Source: Eledone cirrhosa
Taxonomy: Eukaryota
Assembly: GCA_964016885.1 (NCBI GenBank)
Contig: OZ024743.1
Span: 59,892,001 to 59,956,000, forward strand
DNA length: 64,000 nucleotides
Direction: 5' to 3'
In this document: positions 52,975-64,000 of the stretch, piece after piece
How the letters are laid out: each line of letters opens with the position of its first letter
How positions within the stretch are numbered: the stretch's first letter is position 1
Notes under the pieces: model-generated
The model's input: only the letters and a program-made list of their open reading frames with translations
The model's database searches: none
What the model was told of the DNA's origin: nothing
Position numbers and translations under genes: made by a program

Positions 52975-55900
52975 CTAGCAGAGGTACCCGGCATTGCACG
53001 GTATAATTCTCAATGGAGTAGTCGTTCAAATGAACCGAAAGAGTTCGCGACTATAGAAGTAACAATTTATAGGTGTTGACCCTAAAGCTGGCCTTTGAAC
53101 GTTCACTGCAAAGGCAAATATGTTATGTCGTTCCCCACTCGAGAGCACCCAATATGTAGTTGCACGGTTCTTCTAAATTAAGCCCTCCGACCGTCAACGT
53201 CTGACCCTGTGAATTGTTAATCGACATGGCGAATCTGAGTCGGAGAGGGAATTGCAGCCTTCTAAATGTGAAAGGAATGTCTTACCGGATGGAATGAGAG
53301 GTAACCTTGGTATGAAGACAGTATCCCCCTTACCACATCCTGTAATTATTGTTGCCTCAATAACATGAGGCATCGCCTTTTGGATGACCAGACGCGTGCC
53401 ATTGGAAAGCCTTCGGGGTTCCAAATTTCTGAGGAGCATGATAGGGGCACCTTTCTTTAGTCGCAATAAGGGTGGTGGCAATCCGGGAGGGTCTAGGGAG
53501 TTAAGAAATGTTGTGGGGTAATTAACAACTTCGTCCGGATCAGCCATAGAGTCAAGGGACTTGTAGATGTGCAGGTTTCCAGGCAAGCACAGCATGAGCT
53601 GTTCATTGATGCTTCCAACTATGTGGTTTTTCGAAGCCAATATTGCGCGTTCACACAACCACTCTTGATTTGTGTAGTTCTCCTCAAGATTAGGAAAAAC
53701 AGACGTCCGTAACTCAGCAATTGACTTAACGCATCTGCAAATCCCTATGATCTCCACTGTACCATCTCCGTCGAGTGGGAGTTTGCCATCTGCCAACAAC
53801 AAAATGACAGCAGCAAAACGCGCTGATATCTCATCACCTTGCAGTTGTACACTCATGTTTTTTGTAAGCATCAGCCTTCTTACATAACGCCAAAGTGGGG
53901 AGGCCTTAAGGCATGCACCAACCTCATCAGCCCGTGTACCTTTTGGGATTACAGGCAGAGTCTGTCAGAAGTCCCCAGATAACAGGAAAGTGACATCTTC
54001 CATTGGTTCTTGACAGTCCCTGACGTCTCTGAGTGACCGGTCTAACGCCTCGAAAGCCGCCCTGTGGGCCATTGTGCATTCGTCCAAAACAATTAGTAGG
54101 TAGGGCTTTAAAACCAGTGCTTTTCCGGAAGACTTGCTGATATTGCACGTGGATGTCTCAGATGATGCCACGTTGAGAAGAAGACTGAAAGCAGAATGGG
54201 CCGTCATTCCACCAGGCAGCAAATTGTTGCAATGCCGGAAGAGGCCACGGCCAATGCGATGTTTCCGTGTTGCCACACTGCAGCGAGTAAAAGTTTAATT
54301 ACAAATGTTTTGCCCGTGACTCCAGGTGCGTCCAGGAAGAATATACCCCCTCCCCGATTACTGATTGAATCAACGACAATGTTGTAGGCTTGTTTTTGAT
54401 CCATTAGAAGTTTTGGTTCATTCTCTTCAACATAACTTTTGAGTTTGTCGACATCATATGATGTTACACGTATAATGTCGTTAGGAATGTCAGAAGCCCG
54501 TATTTCTCCAAGACATCTTCGACCATTGAAGCCACTCTGTCTTCAATATCGATCATAGCTCTGTTATATATGGCGTCTGAAAAGCCGACATCAAGTTTTA
54601 AGATTGCAATTGAGCGAGACGACTATATTCGTCTGAGAAATCATCTTTAAACTTTTGCAATATAGAGTTATGATCCCTCCATTCACAGACGTGCAAGAGG
54701 ATAGCAAAAAGTTCTCTTAGACTACGGGATGATTGTGAGATGGCAGCTTCCGTCAAGGTTGCATCCCATTGTGCGTCATCTTCTAAAGGTCCGCGCCTCA
54801 AGCAGGCTTCCCTGTACGTTCCGCAGGCGTATCCATCGACGGTTCTCAGATGAGTGAAGCTAGTCTGCCCTCTTACCTCATGAAACAGAAGTCGCAGGTA
54901 GAAGCATTCGTGTTGGGTAGGGTTGACCGTATAAACTCGCCCAAGGCAATTGTCGAATTTGATGACTGGATGTCCTATCTTCCTTCGTAGCCATTTTGTC
55001 CGTTTTCATGTATGGTAAGACGGTATTTCAGAATACAGCAGAGTTCGAGCGAAGTCATCGTGTTGACAAAGTTTGAAAAAAGCGGTGGGTGTAGTTTCTT
55101 TGGTGAGATCGCTAGCTGAGCAGCTGTTGCATCATTGAAATACACCCGTTGACCGTTTTCAAGGTGAACGGCAAGTTGTTTAATGACGGGGTGTCGTTGG
55201 TACAGTGGGAAGCTAAAAACGCGCTAAAAGGCTTCATTGCTGCTAATGTATCGGCCTGCTTGGTAGTCAGATACCTCGTCTCTATTGTCTTCATGGCGAA
55301 GACCAGAGACGGTAGCATCCGATCCCTTGTTTACGTACTTACAAACGTATTTAACTGACTTCACTGAGTTGCAAAATTCGACGTTTATATGGGCGTTGAA
55401 CGATTTCAAAAGGAGGGGGCAAAATGGCACTATCCGGCTGTTGTCGATTTCGCGTTCATCAACTTTTGCTGTGAACCACCGTCTTCAGATCTCCTGCGCC
55501 TATACAACGGATATCAGTCACCGCCAGTCTGTGTTTCTTGTAAAAATAGCCTGGAATATCGTTTTGTACACTTTCCGTCGTGTATGCACGGGGACTTCAT
55601 ATTCAGTCAAAATTTCCGCAAGGACCGTGAACCATGTTTGATGTGACTATAGAGAAGAGCTCCTTGTCAATCGACAGATCAGGTAGTTCGACAGAAATGA
55701 ATTTGTCTATGTAATTTGAACTGATTTTTGTAACCAACCAAATCAAGATATGGGCATGCGGCAGCACTCGTTTCTGCCATTCAACCGTGTACATATCGCA
55801 CCTGACATGCCCCAAAACCTGTCCTTTCTTTAATAAATCCATTAATTGGGATAATTTCAGGCGAAACACTCTAGCTATGAGATCGTGCCTGAGTCTTTGC

Positions 55901-58033
55901 GCTTGACCGTGGAACAGTTCGTTTGCAATCTCCGTCCACTTGGGATTGCATGTAAACGTTATGAAAATGTGGGGCGCCCATAATGTCGTACGTGGGCCGT
56001 TGCGTCCTGAGTCCTCTCGTCCATGTATCGGAGTCCCCCTGTGAACGTTGAAGGCAAAATACACACTTGCCCTAAATTGCCTGGGGATACTTCGTTGTTA
56101 ATTCCATCGCGTAGAGGTATGTAGCATTCAGATCGAAGTTTCTTTTGATTTAATTTAATGAACGATAATCTCTCGGACTCCATTTTAACGGCCATATCAA
56201 CAGCAAATTGTTGGAAAAGGTCCCGAGAACGGTGTAGATGTTGAATGAATTTTCCCTTACCATAAATCGGAAAGCGTAGAAATCCATGCAGGTGACAGTT
56301 TTCCTAAGATGTGCCTCACCATTGCCTGCCAAATGTTGAGGAATGCCGAAATGGTATCCGTCCTCGCCGTTGACAAATAGTAATGGATACTGGAGTGCAT
56401 CTTAGGACCTGTGTGTCTCATTGATACGCTGCAATGTGCTGTCTCGGTGCTTTAGAATGAGATCTCTCTTGTCCTGTTCACCACAAATAACCGCAACAAT
56501 TTCATTACATGTTGGTGCGTTGAACCGACCAGCGTGTTCTCCAGATGGCCTTCGGTCAGTATGTATGACCACACTAAAGCTTTGGTCGGTAGCTGTTTCC
56601 AAAGCATACTTGAAACTGCGAACATAGCTGTTTTTTACGTGAAGCATTTCATGAAGTTTTATTATGGTTCCAATGTTTAGTTTCGGACGAAATAGAGTTT
56701 CTCATCTCTGCCTGCTCCTGATAGTTTCCAACGAAGTATAACTGTAGAAATTGAGGAACCTTTTCTGCCAGAGGCTGAATAGAACCAATCAAATGGTAGA
56801 TCTGCCCCTGGACCTTGAAAGTTGGCATGAACCCACGTACCGAGCAAGCTTTGCTCCGAAGGATGTCATCTGAAACGCGGAATTGTAGGGGCGGATATTA
56901 CGCAGAAACTTTGATGATTCCTCCGTCGTGTCTGTCAAAAGGAGTTGCAATGTGTCTGGAGGGTCGTGAATAGGAGGTAGTCAACATTTACCGTTTGGAC
57001 AGCACATTCCATCTCCCTCCCCTGGCCACTTTTCTTACGACAAAACTGGCAAGTAGATATCATTTCCCCAATTTTAATATCTGCATGGACGGCGTAGTCG
57101 GAGGAGTGGTCGTAGTTAAAGGCCTTAAACAACGATCGTGAATTGCAAGTCCTAGAAATGCCATGTAACGATGACCGCCGCTGTTCATTTTGCAGAAGTC
57201 GGCCACGTCGTTGCTCTATGGTTTCGGTATTTCGTGCAGCAGCAGTGGCAGTGGCGTCCCTGCTTGGAAATGCAAAGTAAGTACTACTAATGAAAGGATA
57301 CAGGCAAAAATGGCCGAAAAATCACAGCATGATAAACTGGAACCTTATGACCATAATCACATTAACTAAACCACCTTTAAACCTTTAGTGTTCAAACCGG
57401 CCGAAATTATTTCCCATTCATTTGTTGAAACCGCCCCAAACCACCGTAACTCCCACACTTAAATATCGTTCTAAAAATACCGTAATCAAAATATCTTCAA
57501 TTCGAGATTACTGCGAGATTAGGCCCTTACCACGAAAATTAACACTTAATATAGTTAAACAATTTAAAACAACACGTCTTTTTTTAACGTTGAAAGTAGA
57601 ACAGATTTTTTGTTTGTATCAACATGGCTTATGACAGTAGCGATACCGACTTTCAAGTATTTACACACGACGACATTCAAAATGAACAAGAAACAAAAGA
57701 TAATATTAGTGAATTTACTTCAAATGAATCAGATGTTTACATTTCTGAAATTTCATCCGACGATGGTTGTTGTTTTGAAAGTGAAATCGAAGATCGAACG
57801 TAAACTTCAAAAGTTATCAGGTACTAATACAGTGTTAATGTGAACCTCAATAGATAAGTCGAAGGGAGAGGCTTAAGGGGGCTCCCACAATCGATGTACG
57901 GAAAAATAAAAAAGCCTACGACGCGTAATCGAACTTCAGAAACCTATGTATGAAAGTAGGTGCAAATCGGTTGTAAAATGGAGAAATGCATACGGTTACA
58001 CAAACAGACAGACATCTTATTTATGTATATAGA
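52975..58033 (-). mobile_element. Full-length Helitron (~5.06 kb), decayed
   Basis: 5' A|TCTATATACATAAATAAGATGTCTGTCTG at 58033. 3' GC-rich hairpin TACCGTGCAATGCCGGGTA followed by CTAG|T at 52975. A/T target with no TSD. Confidence 0.92.
53110..57270 (-). pseudogene. Helitron Rep/PIF1-helicase, multiply frameshifted
   Basis: HAGRFNAPT, LPSTFTGG.RYM, FITFTCNPKW, VEWQKR.LPHAHILIW (HUH), HINVE...KYVCKYVNKG, Walker A DAPG.TGKT, LIVLDECTM, GDF, GAPIMLLRNL..LSNGTRL, FIPR. Confidence 0.93.
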
Positions 58034-58048
58034 TATAGCATATATGTA

Positions 58049-58193
<145 letters not shown>

Positions 58194-58679
58194 ATTTACA
58201 CAATGAACGTAAAAGTACTATACCCTACCTGTTTACCTGTTTTGCATCAGTTTTAAGCGGAATCTGATGGGCTAATATTTATATGCCAGTATCCGAGTAA
58301 CATGATTCTAATTGCGTAACATTATAGTTGAACATAAATATATGTTTTATTGCTTTGGAGGTAATAACAAACAGAAACATTCGCTACTCACATTCTAAAT
58401 ATGAAAACATTTTTTTTTTATATCGTTGCCGGTGAATACACAAATATCTCAGCCATTAAATAAATGCAGTTATGGTTGTATCGTTTCAAATGCTCTTCAT
58501 AACCACGTAGTTGATGTTTCCAGCCAACTGTCTCCAGTCTTCCACTACAGTTATAGTTTCACAATGATTTTGCGTCGGATTTGAGTATTAAAAGAATTAC
58601 TAAATTTGTCATATATATATTTTATTTTCACTCTACTAATGTATCGAAATACTTTTCTTTTCGTGCGGTTACGCCTCCT

Positions 58680-58775
<96 letters not shown>

Positions 58776-60210
58776 TTATAAGAATCAAAGAACTGTTCAA
58801 AACATTTTTATGCTTACAACTGTTTCCTCCAAACCGAGGTTTGGATACCTCGGAGCAATTTTTTATTGAATGAACACTTATATGACCTCCTTTTCACCCA
58901 AGAGACATACAGATACATATGCAAATATTGTGGGTCAACATTCATTACAGCATTTAGAGTGGCAGTACACACTTAGAGATTACATTCATATTAAAAGATA
59001 CAATCAAAAATACAGGTTAAAATACAACATGAAAATAAGCGGTTATATAGTGCAAAGTTTATATGTGTGGCAAACACGTGCGTCTTGTTTATATAGTGTG
59101 GCAGAGAGGTACGTGTAGTAGAAGCACTTAAGCAGGTAATCAAGAGTGTTAGGTTGGTTGATCTGGTGACGAATTATTTATATGATTGTTATAGTCTGTG
59201 TGTGGAGAAATAATATAAGTATTAAAAATAGTGTAAGCATTAAAAATATTGGAAATGCGTAGCGAAGCGATGATATGGACTTCATGCACTTCGACATTTT
59301 CATAGTCTGGGTAGCGTATTTTTCAGATTATATGCCCCTCACATAATCCACGACTATTCGATATTGGGCGTTTGACAATCCAGTTAGAGAATCGTAGTCT
59401 GATGTTCTTTAGTTCAATACAGGAGGATGTTACGTTTCGAGAATCGACATCGAAATACTACCCGGAAGTGTGGTGTGTCTAAGGGGAGTTTAATGCATGA
59501 GGGGAGGTAACTCCGTGGTTTCTATTACTAACTATTAAAACGTGTCTCAAAATAGACCCTAACTTATAACGTTATGCGCAATTTCTAAAATATTTCTAAA
59601 ATTTAAAGTGTTCTAACTATAAAATAGTCTATTAAGTTCTGCTGAAGATGTTCTTATTATTATGGTGATTAACCCCAATCGTAGAGTGCCACAAATGAAT
59701 ATTATACACGACGAGCGAGGATTCTAAATGAATGATCTCTGAGGTTGCAGTCTACTCAAAGGACCAGGCGCGGTGATTGCAGAATCACTTCAACACACAA
59801 TGATCTCTGGTAAGTTCTGGGTCATCGCTTGCTACATTGGATGTCGAAAGATAATCATCACCAGGGCCGACCAGAGGTCAATCCACAGTCCTCATGACTC
59901 CAATTTTACCATCAAATCATCCATATATGTACAACCCATACGCCACTTGCAATACATTCATTCACTGCACTCAGCGTACCGGTCATACTGCTCATCAGCG
60001 TTACTAGATCAATTGGTTTTTCATTTGTCCAACGATGGTACTTCCTCCGCACAGCACCAACAAGACAATCAATTCAATGCTTAAATTAACTATAGAGTGG
60101 TGTAGTGCTGTTCAAGCGAGTGGATGTTGTCACACCTAAAGTAGAGGTACAAATGGGTATTCCCCCTGTGAAGGGTTCTAGAGGGATGTCGCTGTTTGTG
60201 TTATATTAGA

Positions 60211-61130
60211 TCAGTGAGTGTTGGGTATGTGGTATAAGGTGTGCTCCTGGTGTTTGATGCTAGAGGTGGTGTTTGGTTCAAGTCCGACATTGTTATATAT
60301 TAGGCTTAAAGTTTTGGAAGGAATGTCTGAAGCGGTGCTGGCAAGTTGCAAACACTCAGATTTTTTGTTAAGTAGGTTACGGTTAGAGAAGATAATATTG
60401 TGGGTCTCTAGTATACAGAGGTTACAAAATGTATTAGGTGGTTTGTACGAAGTCGCGCTACCTATCACTTCCCATTTGAGTGTGTAAGGTTTATTTTTAG
60501 TTTTTAGATAGTGTATGTAGCTAGATAGTGAGGTGGAGTTGGCTAGACCGTGCTTTTTGAACGAGTGGATGTGCGAATTATATCTGATTTTGAAGCAGTT
60601 AGAAGTGGAGCCTACATAGGTTTCTGAAGAGTTGCTAGTTGTGACGGTGCATGAGTATATGATATCCTTGGTTCGGCATTTTTTATCTAAAGGGAAGTTT
60701 CTATTAGGTCTACAGTTACAATTATCCTGTGTGTTAGTCTGCTGGTTAAAATGCAGTGCAGAAGTCTGGGTGGTAGCTATAGGATTTTATGGTGTTATTT
60801 CTTATACTAGTGTTATTTCTATTATTACTGCCGTTACTATGGTAGCTTGCTACAGAGGTATTTAGAAGGTTTACCTGATGTTGTGATTTCGTTTGTTGGA
60901 AGTAAGAATTAATTTTACTTTTATTGCTGCTAGCTTTGTGGTATGCTAAGTTAGGCGTCGTAGAGTATGAGATTTTAATAGTGTTTTTGTTTAAAAGGTT
61001 GTGGTACTTGTGTCCTAGAGGGAAGTTTTTATCTAGTAGTGAGAAGAAAGCCCTAGGTATGTTGGTGGAGACATTTAGGTTGAAAGGAGGGTTGAAAAAT
61101 GTATTATTTCTTCTTCTATTTTTGTTTTTA
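60211..61130 (-). pseudogene. PLE linker and GIY-YIG endonuclease (out of frame with RT)
   Basis: FFNPPFNLNVSTNIP...KISYSTTPN, CNCRPNRNFPLDKKC, IIYSC..TYVGST..FKIRYNSH..SF, KWEV, CNLCILE, LLNKKSE. Confidence 0.85.
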
Positions 61131-61213
61131 GTGTCTGGTGTGTTGTTTCTTCCTAAGGTACTACGGTAGTTTCCGTGGTAATGGTTACTTCCGGTGGCAC
61201 GCTCCGCTTTGGT

Positions 61214-62731
61214 TTACGTGTGGTTGCTATTCCTATTATTAGGTTTCCTCGTGGACATGTTGTGCGAGATGATGTTGTAGCTATGCGTTTTCTTAGGTAG
61301 GAACTCAATTTCTATATTATGGCCGGATCTAGCTAATGCTTGATTATAATATTGTGAGTTTTTGCTAAATATGTTTGCGTCATAGGATAGATTAGAGATT
61401 CTATTGGATACCCCCTTAGAGATAGAGTTTAATATTGATCTAGGGTGATTAGACTTGGTATCTACGTAAATGAGTTTTTCGTTAGGCTTATGGAAAGGTG
61501 TATATATTTTTGAGTCTAGGTATAGTGTGGCGTCTAGGAAGTTAACAGTTTTAGTGTTTTTGTCCATGGTGATACTAAGGTTAAAGTTTTTGAATGTCTT
61601 GTGCAATAGTTTTCTAGTTCTTTCTATATTAAATTTTCTATATTCTATAAGTAGAAGTGCATCATCGCGGTACAAACCACCGTTGAGGTAAGGGAGGCCC
61701 TTATGGATTTCATTAAGGAGGTATAGGCCGACCAAATCAGTGATCTGCGCCGAGTCACTAGATCCCATGGTTATGTCGAAGTTGTTGTGCGTATCCTTGC
61801 GCGTCCATAGCTGGTTCTCGAAGGTGATTATGGTTTTACGTGCCGCAAGGATGACATCAATCTGGGTTCTAGTCAGGTCGCTATTGTTCATGGCCATGAT
61901 TATTGCCTTATTTAATAGGATAGGGGAAATAGAGGTGTAGTATGAATTGATATCAAATTGAATACATTTGTTGTCCTTATTATTCTTGATATCTTTGAAC
62001 CATTCAATAACTTCACGCGTATTTCCCCATTGTTTAAGGTGTATCTTGTGTTTAATTTGTGGGATGATTTTATCTAAAATTTTCTTGCTGATAATACCAA
62101 TGTCGGACTTGGAAGGGCAGATAAGTCTTATCGAGGGGTTGCTAATGAAGTCCTCATTATGATCCTTCAGAGAGAATCTAGGGGGGTTTGGGGTGTATGG
62201 TTGTGTATGCCTCTGAAATCCTAGTTTAAACACTATATTATATCCCTCTATATTAATATCCTCTACGTTTTTCAAAGTGGTCTTCTTGTAGCTTTTATGT
62301 AGTTCATTATATATAAACTTTCTATAAGTATTATAATATAGGCTGTATATGTTATTAGTTTTATCTGCGTGTACAATAATTTTATTACTAGTTTTGAATC
62401 CATTAATAGAGGTGTTAAGTTTGTTTAAGAAGGTGTTGCTTCTATTATGGTGTTTATTGTATTTAATGTTCTTAACTAGTTTAACTAGGTCATTTTCAAA
62501 GGAGTTAAGTAGTGCGTTATGAGGGGGTCTTTTAAAGGTTTTAAAGCCGAAGGAGTCAAATTTGTTAGTATTATTAACATTGTTAGATCTGTTTCTATCA
62601 TAATGGAATGTCCTCCATCTCACTCTATTGATAAATGAATTTACACTATTGATCAGCAATTTCTCATATCTATTCTTGGATGGTATTGGTATGTTCTTGG
62701 TTGACATGGGGAGTTGGTCTTTGATTAGCAT
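61214..62731 (-). CDS. PLE reverse transcriptase (N-terminal 505 aa of a frameshifted polyprotein)
   Basis: STKNIPIP, FDINSYYTSI, ITMGSSDSAQITDLVG, GLYRDD, NFLDATL, SNHP. This motif set is most like Naiad/Neptune-type PLEs. Confidence 0.88.
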   Translation of the reverse strand: MLIKDQLPMSTKNIPIPSKNRYEKLLINSVNSFINRVRWRTFHYDRNRSNNVNNTNKFDSFGFKTFKRPPHNALLNSFENDLVKLVKNIKYNKHHNRSNTFLNKLNTSINGFKTSNKIIVHADKTNNIYSLYYNTYRKFIYNELHKSYKKTTLKNVEDINIEGYNIVFKLGFQRHTQPYTPNPPRFSLKDHNEDFISNPSIRLICPSKSDIGIISKKILDKIIPQIKHKIHLKQWGNTREVIEWFKDIKNNKDNKCIQFDINSYYTSISPILLNKAIIMAMNNSDLTRTQIDVILAARKTIITFENQLWTRKDTHNNFDITMGSSDSAQITDLVGLYLLNEIHKGLPYLNGGLYRDDALLLIEYRKFNIERTRKLLHKTFKNFNLSITMDKNTKTVNFLDATLYLDSKIYTPFHKPNEKLIYVDTKSNHPRSILNSISKGVSNRISNLSYDANIFSKNSQYYNQALARSGHNIEIEFLPKKTHSYNIISHNMSTRKPNNRNSNHT

Positions 62732-62983
62732 ATTGGTAATTTATTGTATGTCAGCTCAGCAATATGGAGAGTTAATAGTATTAATTATACTATTTATGGT
62801 TATGTAAATACAAAAACCTTTTGCAGTTATATATATTTTTATACAAACCCTAAATAGTGGTAGGCAGTAATATATTACTACCTTATTACCAGTAAGTTCA
62901 GTAGCTCAATGTAAACATATCAGATGATTTACAGAGCAGTTATATGAATTATAAGAATCAAAGAACTGTTCAAAACATTTTTA

Positions 62984-63031
62984 TGCTTACAACTGTTTCA
63001 TCCAAATCGAGGTTTGGATTTCTTCGGAGCA
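62984..63031 (-). ncRNA. Hammerhead-like motif in the PLE 5' repeat (CCGAAGA core); decayed copy at 58811-58857
   Basis: TGCT-CCGAAGA-A-ATCCAAA/TTTGGAT-GAAA-CAGTTG-TA-AGCA. Confidence 0.7.
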
Positions 63032-64000
63032 ATTTATTATTGAATGAACACTTATATGACCTCCTTTTCACCCAAGAAACATACAGACACATATGCAATG
63101 ACCCAAGAGACATACAGATACATATGCGATGACCCAGAACTTACCAGAGATCATTGTGTGTTGAAGTGATTCTGCAATCACCGCGCCTTGTCTTTGAGTA
63201 GAATGCAACCACAGAGATCATTAATTTAGAATCCTCGCTCGTCATGTATAATATTCATTTGTGGCACTCTACGATGGGGGTTAATCACCATAATAATAAG
63301 AACATCTTCAGCACAACATAATAGACTACTCTATAGTTAGAACACTTAAAATTTTAGAAATATTTTAGAAATTGTGCATAACGTTATACGTTAGGGTCTA
63401 TTTTGAGACACATTTTAATAGTTAATAATAGAAACCACGGAGTTACCTCCCCTCATGCATTAACTCCCCTTAGCCACACACACACTTCCGGGTAGTATTT
63501 CGATGTCGATTCTCGGAACGTAACATCCTCCTGTATTGAACTAAAGAACGTCAGACTACGATTCTCTAACTGGATTGTCAAATGCCCAATATCGAATAGT
63601 CGTGGATTATGTGAGGGCATATAATCTGAAAAATACGCTCCCCAGACTATGAAAATGTCGAAGTGCATGAAGTCCATATCATCGCTTCGCTGCGCATTTC
63701 CAATATTTTTAATGCTTACACTATTTTTAATACTTATATTATTTCTCCACACACAGACTATAACAATCATATAAATAACTCGTCACCAGATCAACCAACC
63801 TAACACTCTTGATTACCTGCTTAAGTGCTTCTACTACACGTAACTCTCTGCCACACTATATAAACAAGACGCACGTGCTTGCCACACATATAACCTTTGC
63901 ACTATATAACCGCTTATTTTCGTGTTGTATTTTAACCTGTATTTTTGATTGTATCTTTTAATATGAATGTAAGCTCTAAGTGTGTACTGCCACTCTAAAT

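Larger units (their letters stand above)
58770..64000 (-). mobile_element. Near full-length Penelope-like element with a partial direct repeat and an inverted pseudo-LTR (continues right of the window)
   Basis: RT plus C-terminal GIY-YIG. 58770-58924 is repeated at 62943-63098. 63126-64000 is the reverse complement of ~58952-59828. The 3' end abuts (TA)n. Confidence 0.9.

Overview
Repeat-dominated, AT-rich animal genomic DNA with no confidently supported host gene. The (TA)n/(CA)n density and the SINE family suggest an octopod cephalopod, which is an inference. From left to right the window contains: two head-to-tail Tx1-clade (L1 group) non-LTR retrotransposons on the minus strand, each bounded by (TTA)n tracts, the right-hand one apparently intact (ORF1 661 aa, ORF2 1139 aa APE-RT-zinc finger); a decayed R4/Dong-type element (RT plus restriction-like endonuclease) starting from the same (TAA)n tract; many Penelope-like (PLE) remnants and one near full-length PLE with direct and inverted pseudo-LTRs; a full-length but pseudogenised Helitron with both termini; CR1, RTE and R4 fragments; a TA-flanked MITE; and about eight tRNA-derived SINEs. 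The first highlight is a 4-bp stem with a CUUGU loop, followed by a 13-nt spacer and a (UUA)n tail, which occurs at the Tx1 3' end, again inside the Tx1 5' leader, and at the 3' end of the SINE family, with compensatory stem changes. This points to a (TTA)n-targeting Tx1/SINE partnership. The second is about 15 minimal hammerhead-ribozyme motifs, including retrozyme-like tandem units and a recurrent CCGA core variant, most of them pointing into (TA)n tracts. All calls were made by eye; coordinates of decayed repeats are approximate.
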